A stretch of DNA of 31,542 nucleotides, taken from IMG/VR virus record IMGVR_UViG_3300011442_000021, positions 1 to 31,542 of that record; one strand, given 5' to 3'. A program made the translations under genes and the position numbers. Below the pieces are notes generated by a model. The model was not told the DNA's origin. It ran no database searches and saw only the letters and a list, made by a program, of their open reading frames with translations. Positions 18,777 to 26,536 of the stretch are shown one piece after another; position 1 is the stretch's first letter, and each line of letters begins with the position of its first letter. The DNA is from a virus (taxonomy: Duplodnaviria > Caudoviricetes).

Positions 18777-18959
18777 CTAATCCTTTTCAACCTGTGTATT
18801 TAACAACGTAGAAATTGTAGTCTCAGTTCCCTTTGGATTTTGAGTAATTAATGTAAGAACACCAGTTACTTCATTGATAGCCGTGATAAGACAAGGAATA
18901 TTCACATAATCACCTACGCGAATGTCATTCGTTTGTTTCATATCTTTTAATGCAGGCAT
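18777..18959 (-). CDS. Small SH3/KOW-like protein, first gene of the late operon
   Basis: 60 aa, DIRVGDYVNI...ITAIN pattern. GGAG RBS. Confidence 0.7.
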   Translation of the reverse strand: MPALKDMKQTNDIRVGDYVNIPCLITAINEVTGVLTLITQNPKGTETTISTLLNTQVEKD

Positions 18960-18998
18960 TGATTACTCCGTTAGTAAGTTGAATACACCGACGCTCCA

Positions 18999-19029
18999 AT
19001 TGTAACACACAGAACCGAGCAGGTGTCAA
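18999..19029 (-). promoter_or_regulatory. Leftward sigma70-type promoter of the late operon
   Basis: TTGACA (19029-19024), a long 19-bp spacer, and extended -10 TGtTACAAT (hexamer 19004-18999). Confidence 0.6.
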
Positions 19030-19068
19030 GCGCCTAAGTCGTTCATTTCCGTAGGGTTAGGGCGACAC

Positions 19069-19097
19069 TTGACAAACCGTTTGAACCGTTGTATACT
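19069..19097 (+). promoter_or_regulatory. Rightward sigma70 promoter
   Basis: TTGACA-17-TATACT, back-to-back with the leftward promoter. Confidence 0.8.
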
Positions 19098-19148
19098 ACA
19101 TCCATCAACACTCATCTATTACTCATCGTTTAATGGAGGATACATATA

Positions 19149-19274
19149 GTGCCTACATACAGTAAGATATGCAAATGGACAAAGTGTAAGAAGGAGTTTA
19201 CCAGTAAAAGGAGGGATAAGAAGTTCTGTAGTCCTAGATGTAAGTATCTTCATTGGATGTTTCTCAAAGGATAG
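19149..19274 (+). CDS. Small Zn-finger protein (C-x4-C...FCSxxC)
   Basis: Not in the ORF track. GTG start after GGAGGA. 41 aa, MPTYSKICKWTKCKKEFTSKRRDKKFCSPRCKYLHWMFLKG. Confidence 0.75.
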   Translation: MPTYSKICKWTKCKKEFTSKRRDKKFCSPRCKYLHWMFLKG

Positions 19275-19605
19275 TTAATATATGGGACCCAAATCTAAAG
19301 TGTAAAGTAACACAATTAGCCAATGTTCCGTGCCAGAACATGCAGATATGAGACTCTACGTGCATTGGTGTGCACCCCCGTGCAGTGCAGTTAAAAGAAA
19401 AAATGTGCAGTAATGTAAACTGGTATGAGCTATGCATTAGCATACATCATGCCAAGTATACAGTAATGCACACCCTATCACTAGACTGCACACTTTGGCA
19501 TACGTGTATACGATACATGTAACACATTGACCGATAGTGTAACGGCCGCGGCTGCATCAAAAGCGTAAGTTACTGTGTTCATTGGACTTAGCTAGGATAC
19601 ATACA

Positions 19606-19621
19606 TGGCATACATGCTGCT
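19606..19621 (+). promoter_or_regulatory. Sigma54-like -24/-12 promoter
   Basis: TGGCATACATGCTGCT has the GG-N10-GC spacing and lies upstream of an ORF with an RBS. Confidence 0.5.
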
Positions 19622-19667
19622 ATAGTATACTATGTCGAGACTCTAACAAACGAAAGGGTAAACGCGG

Positions 19668-19796
19668 ATGGTAAAACTACTCCCACTAACGCTCGCGAGT
19701 CAATTGTATGTAGTTATGAGTTACATACACTCAGGTCACGGTAATCTAGCTATGGATGCGTGTATCAAATTAGTAAGACTGGCGCGTAATTCATAG
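19668..19796 (+). CDS. Small hypothetical protein
   Basis: Not in the ORF track. 42 aa, MVKLLPLTLASQLYVVMSYIHSGHGNLAMDACIKLVRLARNS. GAAAGGG RBS. Confidence 0.5.
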   Translation: MVKLLPLTLASQLYVVMSYIHSGHGNLAMDACIKLVRLARNS

Positions 19797-19851
19797 ACTT
19801 ACGACCGAGACTTACAACGGACCTATTTTCAGAGTCGATAGTCGATTAGAC

Positions 19852-19880
19852 TTGACTTCACCGGGAGACTATGCTATAAT
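19852..19880 (+). promoter_or_regulatory. Strong sigma70 early promoter
   Basis: TTGACT-17-TATAAT with extended -10 TG. Confidence 0.85.
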
Positions 19881-19935
19881 TCTCTCAGTCGGACCTAGGC
19901 AATAACGCCGAAGTCAAAATGCAGGAGTTACGAAA

Positions 19936-20343
19936 ATGAAAACGGAAACTTACAAGGGCGTAATCGAATCGGCATACGGCGCTCCGCTTGCTACTGCGCT
20001 GAAGTTCAGCGGTTCATTTGACGCATTCACATTGCCGGATGCATCGAAGGATACTGCGATTACACTCACGACTCCCGAAGGAGCTGACGCTATCACGGAC
20101 GCAGTCACTTTTGGTGATATCTACTCTCTCGTAAATAACAAGCGAAAGGCGAATGCACGTCAGAAGTCTATGCAGGCTGCTTTAGATGCGGCAGGTATCA
20201 GCAAGCCAGTTGTGGATGCTACTCCCGAAGGACTTCAGGTTGCTGCACGTCAAATGGTCAAGATGTTGGTAGCAACTGGAAAGTCCGAAGCGGATGCTAC
20301 TCAACTTGCTGAAGCTACACTCGGAGTCAAATTGGCTGCATAA
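19936..20343 (+). CDS. Early hypothetical protein, probably highly expressed
   Basis: 135 aa, Ala-rich. Has its own consensus promoter, AGGAG RBS and terminator. Confidence 0.85.
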   Translation: MKTETYKGVIESAYGAPLATALKFSGSFDAFTLPDASKDTAITLTTPEGADAITDAVTFGDIYSLVNNKRKANARQKSMQAALDAAGISKPVVDATPEGLQVAARQMVKMLVATGKSEADATQLAEATLGVKLAA

Positions 20344-20356
20344 CACGTAGTCACTA

Positions 20357-20392
20357 AATAGGGAATAGGACAGCAACTATTCCCTATTCTTA
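20357..20392 (+). terminator. Intrinsic terminator-like hairpin
   Basis: AATAGGGAATAG, 8-nt loop, CTATTCCCTATT (12-bp stem), then CTTA. Lies 13 nt after the stop codon. Confidence 0.7.
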
Positions 20393-20417
20393 TGTCTATT
20401 AATTCTAAGGGGACTAC

Positions 20418-20801
20418 ATGTATAACTATCAAGGCACTAACGATTGTGCGATTGTAAGTATATCTAACTACACTGGACATTCATACAAGGACGTTGTTTT
20501 AGCAGCTAGTGAAATGGCAAACGTATCTATTTTACAGATACATAAAAACGGCACTCCTGAATATGCTATTCTTTTGATACTTGCTAAACTCACTGGTAAA
20601 TGGTGGACTAAGTATTGCCCACGTAAGAATCAGCACAAGATTAATGGTGTAGTATCAATGCATGTTGCCGGTAAGAAAAACGGTCATATGGTTGCATGTG
20701 TAGATGGTAACGTATTCGATACAGATGGTTTAGTTATGCCAATACTCGAATACAAGATACGTCATAACTATGTCATTCGACACGTTTACACTATCGGTTA
20801 A
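20418..20801 (+). CDS. Papain-fold (C39-like) cysteine peptidase
   Basis: QGTNDCAIVSI (Cys at a helix start) and GHMVACVDGNVFD (His, Asp). AAGGGG RBS. Confidence 0.65.
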   Translation: MYNYQGTNDCAIVSISNYTGHSYKDVVLAASEMANVSILQIHKNGTPEYAILLILAKLTGKWWTKYCPRKNQHKINGVVSMHVAGKKNGHMVACVDGNVFDTDGLVMPILEYKIRHNYVIRHVYTIG

Positions 20802-20827
20802 TTTAATTCAGTTATTTTGGGTGATTT

Positions 20828-21007
20828 ATGAATAAACGATACGTCGAAATCAATCCTGGTCTTGATACTGATTTCATTATCAGTTTTAATGAACGTGGGG
20901 TATTAAGTAGTATGCAAATTGTAAAGTGTATCATTTACTGTAACGTGATTACGTTGTCTCATATTACCCTAATCGAGTCTTGGATTGAACATGGAACTAA
21001 ACCTTAA
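20828..21007 (+). CDS. Small hypothetical protein
   Basis: Not in the ORF track. 59 aa, MNKRYVEINPGLDTDFIISFNERGVLSS...EHGTKP. GGGTGA RBS. Confidence 0.55.
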   Translation: MNKRYVEINPGLDTDFIISFNERGVLSSMQIVKCIIYCNVITLSHITLIESWIEHGTKP

Positions 21008-21016
21008 ATGTATTCA

Positions 21017-21293
21017 TTACATGTAATCTGTCCACTTTCGGGGACGGTGGTGTATCTGTATATCCCTCTCCCACCCCACCGTTTTGGGCAAAGTGGAGTC
21101 GAATGGATGAAGGAGTTTTGTTTTCTTCTTTTTTATTTTTTTTTTTTTTTTAATAAACTCCATACATAAAGTGGTTACATGTATTCGTTACATGTAAACT
21201 TGACTTTTGGGGTCAAGGTGTGGTATACTCCGAGGGTCACACACACACAGAGGTGTCACCAAAACAGGACGGTCCCCAGCGAGTTACATGTAA
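21017..21293. other. Non-coding origin-like/regulatory element
   Basis: Four TTACATGTA(A/T) palindromes, an inverted repeat at 21031-21097 and a T16 tract at 21136-21151. Confidence 0.5.
21200..21229 (+). promoter_or_regulatory. Sigma70 promoter of the replication operon
   Basis: TTGACT-18-TATACT with extended -10 TG. Two TTACATGTA boxes abut the -35. Confidence 0.7.
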
Positions 21294-21305
21294 GAAAAGG
21301 ATAAT

Positions 21306-21563
21306 ATGAATAAACCACAACCACTAATGATTGACGGTAAAGTAGCATCATGGGAGAATCCACAGTTTACTCCGGGTGTGCATTGCACGAAATGTAGATT
21401 CGGTGTATTAACTGAGCCACGCGATACACAGTTCAAGTATACATGTAATGCATGTTTACCATCCGTCCGCGCTTGGTGGAAACGTCATGTATCGGCTATG
21501 CAAGGCGTAGCTAAACGACGCGCTAACAAACGAAAGTATGTAAGTAGCTATGGGAACAAGTAG
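21306..21563 (+). CDS. Zn-ribbon protein
   Basis: CTKC...CNAC with a basic C-terminus. AAAGGA RBS. Confidence 0.75.
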   Translation: MNKPQPLMIDGKVASWENPQFTPGVHCTKCRFGVLTEPRDTQFKYTCNACLPSVRAWWKRHVSAMQGVAKRRANKRKYVSSYGNK

Positions 21564-21834
21564 TAAGAAACACGTTCATAAGTATATGCGCCAGCAGTTA
21601 AGGCATGTTAAAGTATGGCGATGTGCTTTACCTGATTGTTCACATTGGATGCCACCATATTTAGAAGATTTATTAACTGGCCGCGCTTCACTGTGTTGGG
21701 AATGCGGCGAACAGTTTACACTGGATGATGATGCAATGTTAGAGGAAATGCCGCGTTGTATTAAGTGTAGACAACCACAGATGGTAGATTTTAGTCAGTT
21801 CATTAACCAAACTATTAAAACTGAGGTAAAGTAA
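21550..21834 (+). CDS. Double Zn-finger protein
   Basis: HVH...CALPDC and CWEC...CIKC. Confidence 0.75.
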   Translation: MGTSSKKHVHKYMRQQLRHVKVWRCALPDCSHWMPPYLEDLLTGRASLCWECGEQFTLDDDAMLEEMPRCIKCRQPQMVDFSQFINQTIKTEVK

Positions 21835-21835
21835 C

Positions 21836-22600
21836 ATGAATCATTCATTCGTTCTAACAATTGGAAGTAGTAAATGTCACAAATGTCAACGTGCTGAGAT
21901 AGACCATACTGAACAAGCTACATGTGAAGCTTGTGATTACGTTGGTAAGTGTGAACTACATCCTACTAAAACTTCAGTCATGTTATTGTGTCCTGAATGC
22001 GTAGCTAAAGAGGATGCAATCGAAGATGCATTACCTAGTCTAGTAGTTTATGACGATGATAAAACTATTAGAGTAATGATGTCAGCTAACGATAAGCTGA
22101 TTCAAGCTAAAGAAATAGATAGTTCAGTTCAGACGCGCTCCGATATATTTAATGCCGAAACGGTATCAATCATTGAACTACGTGATGCAATTGACGCGGA
22201 CGATACCATTACTAATAAGCATTTCAAATTAGGCGAGATAGTAATGGAGAGAATGAACGGGTATAAAAAAGCAATCTTCGAAATGAACGAAGAAATGGTC
22301 GCGTTAGCTAATAAACAGATAGCGAACCAAATTTACTTAAATGAATTGAGCAACAAACTACGCTTAGAAGAACGTGAGCAACTGAAGCTAAAGGATATTA
22401 ATTACAAACCAAATCCAGTTAAAGTAACCAAACCAAGTTCTGCTAGTAAGGTCCGCAAGTTTGATAAAGCTGAATTAAAGAAATGGGCATCAATAGCTAA
22501 AATGCCTGAGTCTGTAATTCAAATGCTATGCCTAGCGAAAAACTTAACTCCCGAACAAGCCGCGCAATCATTCATTCAGGCGTCTAACAAAAGTAGTTAA
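21836..22600 (+). CDS. Zn-finger/coiled-coil protein
   Basis: H...CHKC...H and CEAC...CPEC, a long coiled coil and a helical C-terminus. GAGGT RBS. Confidence 0.8.
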   Translation: MNHSFVLTIGSSKCHKCQRAEIDHTEQATCEACDYVGKCELHPTKTSVMLLCPECVAKEDAIEDALPSLVVYDDDKTIRVMMSANDKLIQAKEIDSSVQTRSDIFNAETVSIIELRDAIDADDTITNKHFKLGEIVMERMNGYKKAIFEMNEEMVALANKQIANQIYLNELSNKLRLEEREQLKLKDINYKPNPVKVTKPSSASKVRKFDKAELKKWASIAKMPESVIQMLCLAKNLTPEQAAQSFIQASNKSS

Positions 22601-22601
22601 C

Positions 22602-22799
22602 ATGATAATTAAAGACGAAGGTGGACGCATACTCGCTGAAGTAAATCCAATAGTAACTTATATACGTCCTAATGGACCGTGGGACGATAATAAAGGAACT
22701 AACAATGGACAAGGATGTAGCGTTAGCGATACACGACAGACAATCTATGATAGATTCAGGAAGAAAATGGGCGCGCTTGGACATTCAATTAATTCCTGA
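22602..22799 (+). CDS. Hypothetical protein (uncertain)
   Basis: ATG lies 1 nt after the upstream stop, but the ORF overlaps the next gene by 95 nt. Confidence 0.35.
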   Translation: MIIKDEGGRILAEVNPIVTYIRPNGPWDDNKGTNNGQGCSVSDTRQTIYDRFRKKMGALGHSINS

Positions 22800-22923
22800 G
22801 AAGCGTGTATTACTTGAATGGGGATTCATTAACTTAAACGGCGTGCATGAAGTGGAATCAGGCATTCGTAAGTATTACATCGTTAATAACACTGTCGAAC
22901 ATATTAACTTGATTCATCCATAA
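22705..22923 (+). CDS. Hypothetical protein
   Basis: Track ORF 22672-22923. Start moved to ATG 22705, which follows AAAGGA. Confidence 0.65.
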   Translation: MDKDVALAIHDRQSMIDSGRKWARLDIQLIPEKRVLLEWGFINLNGVHEVESGIRKYYIVNNTVEHINLIHP

Positions 22924-22937
22924 GGAACTGAATACTA

Positions 22938-23168
22938 ATGACTAGTTCAGTTAGTCCAATTGAAACAGATAAGTTTGGATATATCGTTGATGTATACAGA
23001 CGAAATCTGGATGAATGGATGGAAAATTATCCTGAAATTCCAGTCATTCATTTTAAAAAGCCAGTTCAACCTGAACATAGAGCAATTTGTAATTTCTATC
23101 TCAGAGCTAATCTTACTAAAAAACGCGAGCTAGTCACTTGTGACGCTTGCAGAAAATTAATGAAATGA
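22938..23168 (+). CDS. Small protein with C-terminal H...C...VTCxxC Zn motif
   Basis: TAAGGA RBS. VIHF...AIC...VTCDAC. Confidence 0.7.
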   Translation: MTSSVSPIETDKFGYIVDVYRRNLDEWMENYPEIPVIHFKKPVQPEHRAICNFYLRANLTKKRELVTCDACRKLMK

Positions 23169-25291
23169 CTAGAGAACAAGCAGTTAAATTGTGCCGTGAA
23201 GAATTAGATAAGGCACAGTTAAGTGATTGGCACATTCGTTTAACTACAGATGCAAACGGACGATTCTTAGGATTGTGTTCTTATAAAGATAAGTGCATAA
23301 TTCTAAACGCGCATCACATTGATATTCATCCTGACCCTGAAATTGTTAATACGATTAAGCATGAAGTAGCCCACGCGCTTACTCCTGGGATGGGACATAA
23401 TGAAGTATGGGCTGCTAAAGCTAGGGATATTGGTTGTGACAATACCAATCCTTGTAGCAATATGGCTTTATCTCCTGATATTATTGATGCTATCCGTTCA
23501 GGGGCGCAGGTAGAAATTACATTTGAAGAAGAAGTAATTAGAAAAGCTAAGTATCAAATAACTAGATTACAAGATAAATGCGAAATCTGTGGTAAAGTAG
23601 CCAAGACTAAGAATGAAGTTCTCATAACGAATATTGACCCATTCAAACCGGACCAGAAATTCATTTACTTAGAATGTGGTCATTTAATCGTTAAGGCAAT
23701 ACCGAAAGGCACGCCATTTCATACTCTCGTATCTAATTACGAAAAGGTTAAAGATTGTAAGCATCAATGGTTACTGAATCAATGCACAGTTTGTGCAGAG
23801 TATAAAGCCTTTCCATTCCAAGTAGAAGGAATGAAGTTCGTTGAAACGGCATTAGCCGTAAATAAAGGCGCGGCTATCTTCGATGAAATGGGTTTAGGTA
23901 AGACCATTCAAGCATTAGGTTACATTAAATTCCATCCCGAAGCGTGGCCCGTCCTATACATCGTCAAATCCAAGATTAAGTTCCAATGGTTTAAGCAGAT
24001 ACTTATCTGGATGGGCGATGCATTCGTGGGACAGATGATACATACTTCAAACGATTCAATCATTCCTGGTTTAAGAACCTATATCGTATCATACGATATG
24101 TTGGTTTATAAAGAGAGAAAGAGTAAATCAGGCAAGACAATTAAGCAGGGATTCGATATTAGTAAGTTCGATGGCATCATTAAAACAGTTGTAATTGATG
24201 AATGTCAGCAGATAAAGAATCCTGATAGTTCACGAACGCAGCAAGTAAGACGAGTAGTTAAAGACGCGGCCGTTATTGCATTAAGTGGAACACCTTGGAA
24301 GAATAGAGGTAGTGAATTCTTCAGTGTGCTTAATATGATGGCACCAATGAAATTCAATAGCTATCAGAAATACATTGAGAACTGGGTAGACCATTACTAT
24401 GAAGGTAATAAGTTAAAAGAAGGTGGCATCCGCAATCCGGCGCGCTTCAAAGAATACATTAAAGATATCGCTATTCGCCGGGAAATAGCGGATGTAGAAA
24501 TTGAAATGCCTTCAGTTAATCGTATGAGATTCGATGTGCAACTGGATGATTTGAGCCAGTCTACATACGATGATGAAACGAGTGATTTCGTCAAGTGGTA
24601 TAATCAATTCATCATAGATGGAACTGAAGATGAAATCAATGGTATGCACATCCTCGCGAAACTATCTAGGATGCGTCATATCACTGGATTAGCCAAGATT
24701 GAAGCAACTAAAGCATTCGTAGAGGAATTTCTAGAAGATACTGATAAGAAACTAACTATCTACGTTCAGCATATCGACGTAGGACAAATACTTTACAACG
24801 ATATCAAGAAGGACCACGGCGAAGAAGTAGAAGTATTTCAGTTAATTGGTGGGCAAACTGGACAGGAAGCATTTAGAATACAGGAAGCATTCCAAAATAG
24901 CAAGCGCGCTATAATGGTTGCATCTACTCTAGCAGCCGGTGAAGGTATTAACCTTCAGTCATGCAGCGATGCTATCATGCATGAACGTCAATGGAATCCA
25001 CAGAATGAGGACCAAGCTGCACCAGGTAGACATAGACGCATTGGTTCAACAGCCAAGATGGTTAATGTAACCTTTATGACTGCTGAAGGAACTGTAGACG
25101 ATATCTTACATGGCATCGTTGAAAGGAAACGAGCTAACTTCCATAACGGAATGAATAAAGGCGACGTAATTAAGTGGGACCAGAATAGTATTGCTAAGGA
25201 ACTGGCTGAAGGTATTATCAGTCGATTCAAAAATAAGAATAAGCCAGTAAGAGAAGATGGTAAAAAGTTCAGTGAATTGGTGAAAATGTAA
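23165..25291 (+). CDS. SprT-like Zn-metalloprotease / Zn-ribbon / SNF2-family helicase fusion
   Basis: N-terminal LGLCSY...HEVAHA...GHNEVW (SprT). SNF2 motifs DEMGLGKT, DECQ, LSGTP, AGEGINL and WNP...Q...RIG. Start taken at the ATGA overlap at 23165. Confidence 0.9.
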   Translation: MTREQAVKLCREELDKAQLSDWHIRLTTDANGRFLGLCSYKDKCIILNAHHIDIHPDPEIVNTIKHEVAHALTPGMGHNEVWAAKARDIGCDNTNPCSNMALSPDIIDAIRSGAQVEITFEEEVIRKAKYQITRLQDKCEICGKVAKTKNEVLITNIDPFKPDQKFIYLECGHLIVKAIPKGTPFHTLVSNYEKVKDCKHQWLLNQCTVCAEYKAFPFQVEGMKFVETALAVNKGAAIFDEMGLGKTIQALGYIKFHPEAWPVLYIVKSKIKFQWFKQILIWMGDAFVGQMIHTSNDSIIPGLRTYIVSYDMLVYKERKSKSGKTIKQGFDISKFDGIIKTVVIDECQQIKNPDSSRTQQVRRVVKDAAVIALSGTPWKNRGSEFFSVLNMMAPMKFNSYQKYIENWVDHYYEGNKLKEGGIRNPARFKEYIKDIAIRREIADVEIEMPSVNRMRFDVQLDDLSQSTYDDETSDFVKWYNQFIIDGTEDEINGMHILAKLSRMRHITGLAKIEATKAFVEEFLEDTDKKLTIYVQHIDVGQILYNDIKKDHGEEVEVFQLIGGQTGQEAFRIQEAFQNSKRAIMVASTLAAGEGINLQSCSDAIMHERQWNPQNEDQAAPGRHRRIGSTAKMVNVTFMTAEGTVDDILHGIVERKRANFHNGMNKGDVIKWDQNSIAKELAEGIISRFKNKNKPVREDGKKFSELVKM

Positions 25292-25446
25292 TGAATGATT
25301 TTCATATTGCAATGAGATGGATGTTCATAGATGGTAAAGGATTTTATTATGTGCAATATTGGTATAAAACTGATTTAAGAACAGATAGTAAAACTGCGGA
25401 TATTCCAATTCATCAAATAGATGATTGGGTTAGGAATACAAAATGA
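25291..25446 (+). CDS. Small hypothetical protein
   Basis: Not in the ORF track. 51 aa, MNDFHIAMRWMFIDGKGFYYVQYWYK..., with TAATG and ATGA overlaps with its neighbours. Confidence 0.7.
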   Translation: MNDFHIAMRWMFIDGKGFYYVQYWYKTDLRTDSKTADIPIHQIDDWVRNTK

Positions 25447-25691
25447 CTGTATTTGAATCATTCGAAGCCGAACGTAAGTATTGGAATGAATTGAAGAAGA
25501 AATATATCATATATGGTGGACGCGCTCAGTTCGATGAATGTGATGAATGTGATACCGAGCGTGTTATCAAGTGCCTAATGACTTATTACAATGAAACAGC
25601 ATTACAGATTATTAGGAGATTAGAAGAATCAAATATTGACAGTCCAATTACGATGAATGACGAAATATTCTGGATTGAAAAAGATGTATAA
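25443..25691 (+). CDS. Hypothetical protein
   Basis: 82 aa, translationally coupled in the early operon. Confidence 0.65.
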   Translation: MTVFESFEAERKYWNELKKKYIIYGGRAQFDECDECDTERVIKCLMTYYNETALQIIRRLEESNIDSPITMNDEIFWIEKDV

Positions 25692-25923
25692 AGAAGCAAT
25701 ACTCCATGTGGTGGATGCTAAAACAGCAGTAAAGAATGTAGACCTCGCGCTCGCTGTAATGGAGCGTGTTAATCCAACTAAATTTGAGTTAGAGAAATAC
25801 CAATCAGCATTAGAAGAACTAGTTGAAACAGGTGAGATAATCAATGTAGATTATACACTTGAATCAATGGACTATCGAACTAAATCTATTTACTTTCCAA
25901 AAGGAACTGTGATTAGCCAATGA
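25684..25923 (+). CDS. Winged-helix-like small protein
   Basis: Start moved to ATG 25684. ALEELVETGEII followed by a beta-hairpin. Confidence 0.65.
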   Translation: MYKEAILHVVDAKTAVKNVDLALAVMERVNPTKFELEKYQSALEELVETGEIINVDYTLESMDYRTKSIYFPKGTVISQ

Positions 25924-26114
25924 CTAAGAGATATATTAGAATTGACTTGGAATATGATATGGATATTAATTCAATTCGTTTGCATAGCTTTGCTATTATT
26001 GATAATATCAAGAGAGTTCTTCAAGAGGATATGCCTTACGTAAAAGTTTTATTTTCAAGAGATAGTCCTACTCGTGAACACTTGAATGACCCCGCATACG
26101 AAGGAAAGAAATGA
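25920..26114 (+). CDS. Hypothetical protein
   Basis: 64 aa, ATGA overlap. Confidence 0.65.
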   Translation: MTKRYIRIDLEYDMDINSIRLHSFAIIDNIKRVLQEDMPYVKVLFSRDSPTREHLNDPAYEGKK

Positions 26115-26321
26115 GTGCCTGAAATTAAATTAACTAAACGAGAAATCGAAAGAGCAAAGAAACGAGAAGGTGTTTATACTTTATTGAGAAAGCCCGAACA
26201 AAAAGCAATCGATTCACTTTGGATGAGCCATGTAATTAATCATCTAAAATTAATCAGATTAGCAATAGGAAATGAAACTGATTGGCTTAGATTCAAAGAA
26301 GAATTGAAAAGGAAATTATGA
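26115..26321 (+). CDS. Hypothetical basic protein
   Basis: 68 aa, GTG start after GAAGGA. Confidence 0.65.
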   Translation: MPEIKLTKREIERAKKREGVYTLLRKPEQKAIDSLWMSHVINHLKLIRLAIGNETDWLRFKEELKRKL

Positions 26322-26536
26322 CTGATAATGATAGAATTGAAGAAAGATTCGATGAAATAAAAGAACTGTATGAGATTAGTGATGCTGAAACAGTTCTCTT
26401 AGGTCAAATGCAAGCAATTATTCAGATGTTAGGATATAGTCCTAAGCTAACTCTGAAGTTACTGAAAGCATTAACATCCATGCTAGAAGTAACTCATGAA
26501 TTTGTTGGGGATGATAAAAAGAAGAATAATAAATGA
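26318..26536 (+). CDS. Hypothetical protein
   Basis: 72 aa, ATGA overlap, AAAGGA RBS. Confidence 0.65.
   Translation: MTDNDRIEERFDEIKELYEISDAETVLLGQMQAIIQMLGYSPKLTLKLLKALTSMLEVTHEFVGDDKKKNNK

Noticed and set aside
19324-19340. TGTTC-N7-GAACA as a LexA box
   Set aside because: It is a single copy, its spacing does not fit the LexA boxes I know, and no repressor or integrase is in the window.
21238-21249. (CA)n microsatellite
   Set aside because: About six units only, with no evidence of phase variation or function.
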